Origin: Acutalibacteraceae bacterium
GTDB taxonomy: Bacteria > Bacillota > Clostridia > Oscillospirales > Acutalibacteraceae
Direction: 5' to 3'
DNA: 64,000 bases
Assembly: GCA_051881075.1 (NCBI GenBank)
Contig: JBJEPE010000033.1
Span: forward strand, 746-64,745
Shown: one piece after another, positions 57,402-64,000 of the stretch
How positions within the stretch are numbered: the stretch's first letter is position 1
Layout of the letters: every line of letters starts with the position of its first letter
Program-made: the position numbers and the translations under genes
The notes under the pieces: generated by a model
Told to the model about the DNA's origin: nothing
What the model saw: the letters and a program-made list of their open reading frames with translations, nothing else
The model's database searches: none

Positions 57402-57482
57402 ATGAAAGTGATTGTTGTGGAAAATCCGAAAATTTGGGGTTTCTTCCTACGCAAAATTTTTAAAATAAAAAAGAGTAATTAA
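57402..57482 (+). CDS. spoVM: SpoVM-like 26-aa amphipathic sporulation peptide
   Basis: Below the track's cutoff. The sequence MKVIVVENPKIWGFFLRKIFKIKKSN has the same length and MK..hh..PK(F/I)h...h+..h pattern as B. subtilis SpoVM (MKFYTIKLPKFLGGIVRAMLGSFRKD). A GGGGG SD precedes it and a strong terminator follows. Confidence 0.6.
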   Translation: MKVIVVENPKIWGFFLRKIFKIKKSN

Positions 57483-57485
57483 TAA

Positions 57486-57521
57486 GAAAACCTGTGTACA
57501 TTTCTCCGTACACAGGTTTTC
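57486..57521. terminator. Bidirectional rho-independent terminator
   Basis: GAAAACCTGTGTAC-atttctcc-GTACACAGGTTTTC, between convergent genes. Confidence 0.8.
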
Positions 57522-57539
57522 TACTTGCCAATTTACTTG

Positions 57540-57818
57540 TTAAAATTTAATTATCAGAAATATAATAAAAGCTACCTCAGCAAAAAATATAACGGGTATT
57601 CCTATCATAAATTTATTTTTCTGAGTTTTGTGTCTTATTAGTTTCATAGTAGCATACATAAGCGGCGCACCGCCAAGTGCGGATATCTTAAGCAGAGTAC
57701 CCTCTCTGACACGCCATTTACCCTTAATTGCGTGTCTTTTGTCATAAATTGTAACAGCAGCGGCAAAAAGATTTATACCTAAAACGTAAACGAGTAAAAG
57801 CTTATAGTACCACGGCAT
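57540..57818 (-). CDS. DUF1294-family small membrane protein
   Basis: The DUF1294 pattern is YDKRHAIKGKWRVREGTLLKISALGGAPLMYATMKLIRHKT. ATG at 57818 follows GGGGGTG. Confidence 0.75.
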   Translation of the reverse strand: MPWYYKLLLVYVLGINLFAAAVTIYDKRHAIKGKWRVREGTLLKISALGGAPLMYATMKLIRHKTQKNKFMIGIPVIFFAEVAFIIFLIIKF

Positions 57819-57945
57819 AAAAGCACCCCCTAACGGAATTTTTTGAATTGCACGGCATATATATTTATAAGTAGGCATCGTACAGGCATATTATTTCTCT
57901 GCGCAGATGAACTATAAGTTTTTGATAAATAAGGATGTGCATAAA

Positions 57946-59229
57946 ATGAAATCTATAAATAAAAAAAATATAGTTTTTAAAGTCGGTTCTGTAATCCTGA
58001 TGCTCCTGATGTTTGCATTAAATCTAAAGCTTGCATCAAAGGTAGAATATACAAACGGCGATAAGATAGAAAAAGATAGCTCCGGCAATAAGACAAGCTA
58101 CTATTCCAAAACAGGAACAACGGTAAATAACCATGTATTTCATAAGGGAGAAATGCGCGCTGTCTGGATATCATACATAACACTTGATATGTCGGGTACT
58201 GACCGAAGCGAGCAGGCTTTTAAGGATAAAATAGATAATATAATAAAAACATCACTAAAAAACGGTATAAACACCCTTATAGTCCATGTACGCTCACATC
58301 TTGATGCAATATATAAATCTGAGTACTATCCGTATTCACACATTTTATCGGGCGAACAGGGTGTAGATCCCGGCTATGATGCTTTGAAATACATAGTTAA
58401 AGCCGCCCATAAAGCAGGGCTTGAGGTACAAGCATGGATAAATCCTTTCAGAATCAAAACAAGCGAAACACCCAAAGAATTATCCGATAATAACCCATAC
58501 ATGGTTTGGCAGACTGATGAAGATAAGTCAAACGACCGTTACGCCGTAGAGTGGGAGGGAGGAATATACCTTAATCCCGCTTATCCCGAAGTAAGGGAAC
58601 TGATAATTAACGGCGTTCGTGAGCTTATCGAAAATTACGACATAGACGGCATTCACTTTGACGATTACTTTTATCCTACATCTAACAGTCAGTTTGATAA
58701 GGATGAATACAATAAATATGTCGATAGTGTAGGGGATGATGACTGTACACTTACGCTAAGCGAATGGCGTAGCACCAATATAAACAGCCTTATTTACGGT
58801 GTTTACTCAGCTATTAAGAGTAAGGACAGCAGTATAATTTTCGGAATCTCCCCACAAGGCAATATAAGTAATAACGAAACTATAGCGGCAGATATTAAAT
58901 CATGGGGAGCTATAGCGGGATATGTAGACTATCTATGCCCCCAAATATATGTAAACTTCGACCATCCGCTTTTACCGTTCAATGAAATGTGCGATACATG
59001 GCGTAAGCTTGTTTCAAACTCAAATACTAAGCTTTACTGCGGTTTGGCGCTTTATAAGGCCAACAGCGACAGCGATGAAGGCACATGGCACGACTCGGAC
59101 AATATACTAGCCAAGGAGCTTGAATATCTGCGCAAATGCGGTTATGACGGTTATATGCTGTATTCTTGGGATTATCTTGACTGTGAGCAAACTATGAAAG
59201 AAATGAGTAATTTTATAGATGCGCTTTAA
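57946..59229 (+). CDS. Glycoside-hydrolase-like GHL10 (DUF187/YngK-type) secreted protein
   Basis: After the signal anchor come the motifs EMRAVWISY...INTLIVHVR...EVQAWINPFR...DGIHFDDYFYP. Confidence 0.7.
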   Translation: MKSINKKNIVFKVGSVILMLLMFALNLKLASKVEYTNGDKIEKDSSGNKTSYYSKTGTTVNNHVFHKGEMRAVWISYITLDMSGTDRSEQAFKDKIDNIIKTSLKNGINTLIVHVRSHLDAIYKSEYYPYSHILSGEQGVDPGYDALKYIVKAAHKAGLEVQAWINPFRIKTSETPKELSDNNPYMVWQTDEDKSNDRYAVEWEGGIYLNPAYPEVRELIINGVRELIENYDIDGIHFDDYFYPTSNSQFDKDEYNKYVDSVGDDDCTLTLSEWRSTNINSLIYGVYSAIKSKDSSIIFGISPQGNISNNETIAADIKSWGAIAGYVDYLCPQIYVNFDHPLLPFNEMCDTWRKLVSNSNTKLYCGLALYKANSDSDEGTWHDSDNILAKELEYLRKCGYDGYMLYSWDYLDCEQTMKEMSNFIDAL

Positions 59230-59255
59230 CTGATAAATTCTACAAAGTTAATATT

Positions 59256-60545
59256 TTAGCATAGCTCGGCTATGCAGTAGTCGCCATCTACGCCCGTTAT
59301 CTTTACATTCAAGAATTTACCGCTAAGGCTTTCGTCAAATTTTACCTTAACAGGCGTATAGTTTGCGGTGTACCCGTCATTTATCCCGGTATTTATATCG
59401 AATGTTTCAAAAAGTACCTTTTCGGTACGGCCTACCTGTGAATTTAAAAAGGTGTTGCGTGTATTCTTGGTTTCCTCTATCATCAGCTTACTGCGCTTGT
59501 CCTTAATTTCAGGAGATATCTGATCAGGCAGCTTATCGGCTACAGTACCCTTGCGTCGTGAATACTCGAATATATGCGCCTTTGCAAAGCCTATCTCATG
59601 AGCAAACTGTAACGACCTTTCAAATTCCTCATCCGTTTCTCCCGCAAAGCCTACCATAATGTCCGTTGTAATTGCGGCATTATCAAAGTTACTGCGCAGA
59701 TCGTTCACTATTTTACGGTATTCATCTGTGGTGTAGTGTCTGTTCATGCGCTTTAGTGTTTCATCACAACCGCTTTGCAAAGATAAATGAAATTGCGGAC
59801 AGAATTTAGATTGCTTGCTTAGTCTGCTTATAACGTATTCATCCATTCTCTCAGGTTCAAGAGAACCCAAGCGTACACGTTCTATACCGTCTACAGAGCA
59901 AACGCACTCTACGGCGTCGCATATGTCGGCGTCTATATCCTGACCGTAAGCTGACAGATTGATACCTACCAGAACTACCTCTTTATATCCGGCATCGGCA
60001 AGTACTTTTATCTCAGACTGTAAGTCGGAAAGTGACTTTGAGCGAACTCTGCCACGTGCATACGGTATAATGCAATAAGAGCAAAATCTATTACATCCGT
60101 CCTCTATCTTTACAAAGGCACGGGTATGCTCATCGAATCCATTAACCTGCATCGGTTCAAACTTTTTGTGATCGTGCGGGTTAATTTTTATTACACGCCT
60201 TTTAGTTGCAAGATACTCGTTTATCATGGGAATAATATCCGCACGCTTTGCATTACCTATAACTATATCCGCATCCTGAAATTTATCTGTTTCTTCAGGC
60301 ATAGCCTGCGGCATACATCCCGTCAGCATTATTACCGCATCGGGATTTATTCTGCGCACACGCCTAAGGCATTTCATTACCTTATTATCGCTTACCGATG
60401 TTACGGTACATGAATTTATAATTACAATATCCGCATTTTCAGCGGTATCACACGGTGTAAAGCTGTTATTCTTCAATATCTCCATCATCATCTGTGATTC
60501 ATACTGATTTACCTTACAGCCAAAGGTTATTATATTTACAAGCAT
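59256..60545 (-). CDS. mtaB: tRNA ms2t6A37 methylthiotransferase MtaB (radical SAM, UPF0004 + TRAM)
   Basis: N-terminus FGCKVNQYES, radical SAM cluster CNRFCSYC, and 429 aa. Confidence 0.85.
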   Translation of the reverse strand: MLVNIITFGCKVNQYESQMMMEILKNNSFTPCDTAENADIVIINSCTVTSVSDNKVMKCLRRVRRINPDAVIMLTGCMPQAMPEETDKFQDADIVIGNAKRADIIPMINEYLATKRRVIKINPHDHKKFEPMQVNGFDEHTRAFVKIEDGCNRFCSYCIIPYARGRVRSKSLSDLQSEIKVLADAGYKEVVLVGINLSAYGQDIDADICDAVECVCSVDGIERVRLGSLEPERMDEYVISRLSKQSKFCPQFHLSLQSGCDETLKRMNRHYTTDEYRKIVNDLRSNFDNAAITTDIMVGFAGETDEEFERSLQFAHEIGFAKAHIFEYSRRKGTVADKLPDQISPEIKDKRSKLMIEETKNTRNTFLNSQVGRTEKVLFETFDINTGINDGYTANYTPVKVKFDESLSGKFLNVKITGVDGDYCIAELC

Positions 60546-60810
60546 TTTTTTACCTCTCTTTACACAGTAACATAAGCTGAATATAACTTAGTTATACTAT
60601 TTTATCATTATTTTTTGAATATTACAACCTTTTCTTAAAAATACGGTGTTATATGCCCAGACATGGCTTTTTGTCTGTGTTATTTATAAAAAAATCTGCA
60701 AAAATTTCATTTTTGTTTGATATGTTTATTGTATTGACAAAAAAATTATGATATAATGATTAGAAATTATTAAAAATACGTTCACAAACAGAATAATTTG
60801 GGAGTAATCT

Positions 60811-62880
60811 ATGAAAATATGGTCGGTATCTAAGCTCAATAAGGAGCTTGCCAATGAAATTTCTCAATATTTCGATATCCCTGTATTTACTGCGATGCTG
60901 CTTGCGTTACGTGGCGTTGAGGTTCAGGATGCACAGAGCTTTTTAAGCGATGATATCGAGTTGTACGATCCTTTCTTAGCGGTTGATATGAAGATAGCCG
61001 CATCAAGGATACTTACGGCTATCAAAAATAAAGAAAAAATATGCGTTTACGGTGATTATGATGCCGATGGCGTAACGGCAACGGCACTTTTATATTCACA
61101 TTTAAAATATATCGGCGCAGATGTCTGCTACCGTATTCCGTCCAGAGAGAACGACGGTTACGGTCTCAACCTTAAAGCTATAGATGAGCTTAAGGGAATC
61201 GGTATAAATCTGATAGTAACGGTAGATAATGGGATTTCTGCACTAAAAGAGATAGAATATGCACTAAGTTTAGGAATAGAAACCGTGGTTACGGATCACC
61301 ATACACCGCCTGATGAGCTGCCTAAGGCCGTAGCAAATGTTGACCTACATAGAGCAGACTGTCCCAGCTTGTTCAAGGAGTTGTCAGGTGTCGGTATTGC
61401 GTTTAAGCTTGTTATGGCGCTTTCTCCGGATATAGAGCTTGAACGGCTGCTCAATATGTACTCTGACCTTGTTTGTATAGGTACGGTTGGCGATATAGTA
61501 AGTCTTACCGATGAAAACCGTGCATTTGTAAAAGCAGGACTTACTAAGATAAACAGATCTGAACGGTTAGGCATTAAAGCAATCAAAAAGGTTGCCGGTT
61601 TAGATAATAAACCTGTTACGGCAGGTAATGTTTCATTTGCCATTGTTCCACGTATAAATGCAATAGGCAGACTTGATAATTCCGAGCTTTCGGTAGAGCT
61701 TCTTTTGGCTGAAAACGAGACATTTGCAAGAGAAACGGCAGAGCTTTTGGATAATCATAATAAATCACGTCAAAGCATAGAGAAGGATATCTTTGCCTGT
61801 GCCGTAAAGCTGATAGAATCAAATAAAAAAATAAAACACAGCAGAGTAATAGTCATTGAGGGCGAGGGATGGCACATAGGCGTTATAGGCATTGTAGCAT
61901 CCAAGCTTAAGGAACTATATTCTAAGCCTGTTATAGTCATAGCCAAAGAGGACGGAATAAGCAAAGGCTCTGGCAGGAGCATAAAGGGCTTTTCGCTTGT
62001 TGACGCTATCTTTAAATGCTCGCAGTATCTTGAAAAATACGGCGGACACTCTATGGCCGCAGGACTCAGCATAAAAAACGAAAATATAGATATATTCAGG
62101 GACGCCATAAATGCTTATGCTCAGTCACTTGATGAAATGCCATATAATACATTGGAGCTGGACTGTAAGCTTAACCCGTTAAATCTTGATATAGACATGG
62201 TGTACCAGCTTAAAATGCTTGAGCCGTTCGGTGCAGGTAATCCTACGCCGGTATTCGGTCTTTATAACATGAAGCTTAAAAGCGTAACACCGATATCATC
62301 AGATAAACATTTAAAGCTGACATTAAGTAGGGACGATACGGAAATTTCGGCTATGCTGTTTTCAACCTCATCAGGTGAATTTCCGTTTGCACCGGGCGAT
62401 ACTCTCGATTTGGCGGTAACACTCGATATAAACGAATATTTAGGCAATCAATCCCTTTCAATAGTTGTCAAGGGATGCAAGCTGTCAAGTATAAATCAAG
62501 AGGAATATGCTGCCGCATATAGAGTATATGAAAAATTTATGAGGGGAGAAACCCTTACAGTATCACAGATAAACACACTTATGCCTACTCGTGACGAGTT
62601 CGCTACGGTGTACAGATATATCAGAAAAATTCATTTCTGCCGCTTGCCTATAGATGTTCTGACGGCTAAAATAGACGATGAGGCGATAAATTGCGGCAGA
62701 CTGTCATTTATTTTGCGTTGTATGTCACAGCTTGGCCTTATTAGGCTTGAGGAGAAAGGTGATACCGTACTTATAGAGGTAACAAATACTCAAAGTAAGG
62801 TAGATCTTGAAAACGCAAAGGCACTTATCTATTTAAGAAATATGCTTAAACAGGTAATAACTAAGGGAGGCACATTATAA
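60811..62880 (+). CDS. recJ: Single-stranded-DNA-specific exonuclease RecJ
   Basis: DHH motifs are GDYDADGVTA, TVDNG and VVTDHH. The DHHA1 motif is GGHSMAAG. Confidence 0.92.
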   Translation: MKIWSVSKLNKELANEISQYFDIPVFTAMLLALRGVEVQDAQSFLSDDIELYDPFLAVDMKIAASRILTAIKNKEKICVYGDYDADGVTATALLYSHLKYIGADVCYRIPSRENDGYGLNLKAIDELKGIGINLIVTVDNGISALKEIEYALSLGIETVVTDHHTPPDELPKAVANVDLHRADCPSLFKELSGVGIAFKLVMALSPDIELERLLNMYSDLVCIGTVGDIVSLTDENRAFVKAGLTKINRSERLGIKAIKKVAGLDNKPVTAGNVSFAIVPRINAIGRLDNSELSVELLLAENETFARETAELLDNHNKSRQSIEKDIFACAVKLIESNKKIKHSRVIVIEGEGWHIGVIGIVASKLKELYSKPVIVIAKEDGISKGSGRSIKGFSLVDAIFKCSQYLEKYGGHSMAAGLSIKNENIDIFRDAINAYAQSLDEMPYNTLELDCKLNPLNLDIDMVYQLKMLEPFGAGNPTPVFGLYNMKLKSVTPISSDKHLKLTLSRDDTEISAMLFSTSSGEFPFAPGDTLDLAVTLDINEYLGNQSLSIVVKGCKLSSINQEEYAAAYRVYEKFMRGETLTVSQINTLMPTRDEFATVYRYIRKIHFCRLPIDVLTAKIDDEAINCGRLSFILRCMSQLGLIRLEEKGDTVLIEVTNTQSKVDLENAKALIYLRNMLKQVITKGGTL

Positions 62881-64000
62881 TGGCTCATGTTCAGGTACAT
62901 TATCAGGATTATGAGGAGCTTGTAGAGTTACTGCAAACGTCAGAGCAATCCTACGATATGGAAAAAATTGATAAAGCCTATCACTTTGCACTGGATGCTC
63001 ACGGCGACCAGAGGCGTATATCGGGAATACCGTATATACTGCATCCTACGTCAGTTGCCTGCATACTTGTAGATTTAGGTATGGACACAGACTGTATAAT
63101 AGCCGCCCTTCTGCATGATGTTGTAGAGGATACTCCCGTAACGCTTGAGGAGGTTTCAGGATTATTCGGCAGTACTATCGCAAGGCTCATAGACGGTGTT
63201 ACCAAGCTTGGCAAGCTGCCTAGTAATATACAGACTAAAGAGGAACAACAGGCAGAGAATGTAAGAAAGATGATGTTCGCTATGCAACAGGACATCAGAG
63301 TTATCATTATAAAGCTTGCGGACAGGCTTCATAATATGCGCACCATAGAATGTATGAAAGAGCAAAAGCGCAGGGATAAAGCACTTGAAACAATGGAGGT
63401 TTTCGCTCCTATTGCTCACAGACTTGGTATAAGAAAGATTAAAGAAGAGCTTGAAGACTTATCTTTGCAGTATCTTGACCCTATAGCATATGCTGATATT
63501 GAAAAAAGTCTTACACGTATGAAAGAGGACAGAGAGCAGTTTATCGAAAGTATAAAGCAGAGAATAAAGGACAGAATATCCGACGCTGTACCTAACGCAT
63601 ACATTGAGGGCAGAGTTAAAAGTATAAACGGAATTTACCGCAAAACCATAGTTCAGGGTAAGACCATTGAACAAATTTACGATATTTTTGCAGTAAGAGT
63701 AATTGTCGATACCGTTGCGGATTGTTACAATGTTTTAGGCTTGATACATGAGATATTCCAGCTTGTGCCTAACAGATTTAAGGATTATATATCAATGCCT
63801 AAGCCTAATATGTATCAATCGTTGCACTCAACCGTTATAGGCAGAGAGGGCATACCATTTGAGGTACAGATACGTACATGGGATATGCACCATACTGCCG
63901 AATACGGTATTGCCGCACATTATAAGTATAAGCACGGCTTAACACAGGACGGTAGCAAAAATAGTTCTATGGAAGATAAGCTGACATGGGTTCGCAAAAT
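62880..64000 (+). CDS. relA: Bifunctional (p)ppGpp synthetase/hydrolase RelA/SpoT (N-terminal part; runs off the right edge)
   Basis: Not in the track because there is no stop in the window. The ATG overlaps the recJ TAA (TAATG), with AAGGGAGG upstream. HD motifs HGDQRRISGIPYILHP and LLHDVVEDT are present, followed by the synthetase region IKDYISMPKPNMYQSLHT. Confidence 0.9.
   Translation, partial: MAHVQVHYQDYEELVELLQTSEQSYDMEKIDKAYHFALDAHGDQRRISGIPYILHPTSVACILVDLGMDTDCIIAALLHDVVEDTPVTLEEVSGLFGSTIARLIDGVTKLGKLPSNIQTKEEQQAENVRKMMFAMQQDIRVIIIKLADRLHNMRTIECMKEQKRRDKALETMEVFAPIAHRLGIRKIKEELEDLSLQYLDPIAYADIEKSLTRMKEDREQFIESIKQRIKDRISDAVPNAYIEGRVKSINGIYRKTIVQGKTIEQIYDIFAVRVIVDTVADCYNVLGLIHEIFQLVPNRFKDYISMPKPNMYQSLHSTVIGREGIPFEVQIRTWDMHHTAEYGIAAHYKYKHGLTQDGSKNSSMEDKLTWVRK

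Overview
This is a low-GC (about 40%) Firmicutes/Clostridia chromosomal segment. It is almost entirely densely packed core genes on both strands, and all calls rest on by-eye motif recognition with no database search. Sporulation markers (spoVM-like 26-aa ORF, yunB-like, FtsW/SpoVE family) plus a 1.4-kaa dockerin-bearing GH13 alpha-amylase with two CBM26-like modules suggest a Ruminococcaceae gut starch degrader with an amylosome, Ruminococcus bromii-like; this taxonomy is inference only.

Recognisable content:
- Energy and central metabolism: the 5' part of a V-type ATPase operon preceded by an ACT/UPF0210 pair, fhs, rpiB-upp, ppx-ppk1, pfkA, and paaK-ACT-ALDH.
- Replication, repair and RNA: an SOS-controlled dinB operon, DnaD-like/DnaC-like replication loaders, tsaE-tsaB, a CCA-adding enzyme, hemW, a THUMP methyltransferase, mtaB, recJ and the start of relA/spoT.
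- Envelope and signalling: corA, mscS, cdaA-cdaR and prfC.
- RNA genes: two stand-alone tRNAs (CAT, GCC), each with a perfect consensus promoter and its own terminator.

I saw no transposase, integrase, CRISPR array, restriction or other recognisable defence genes.

The items most worth follow-up are:
1. A membrane PASTA-domain Hanks kinase homologue whose catalytic motifs are all substituted (predicted pseudokinase).
2. An orphan three-gene operon (YwaF/TMEM164-like membrane protein, HPr-kinase-like P-loop protein, PqqD/RRE protein) with no precursor or maturase nearby.
3. An ECF sigma factor and a membrane vWA protein that share a near-identical ECF-type promoter motif.
4. The modular amylase, which has a mid-protein dockerin and an unassigned module of about 200 aa.
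5. A secreted dockerin protein coupled to a degenerate DprA homologue.
6. A Pro/Gln 45-bp tandem-repeat membrane protein paired with a small HTH regulator.
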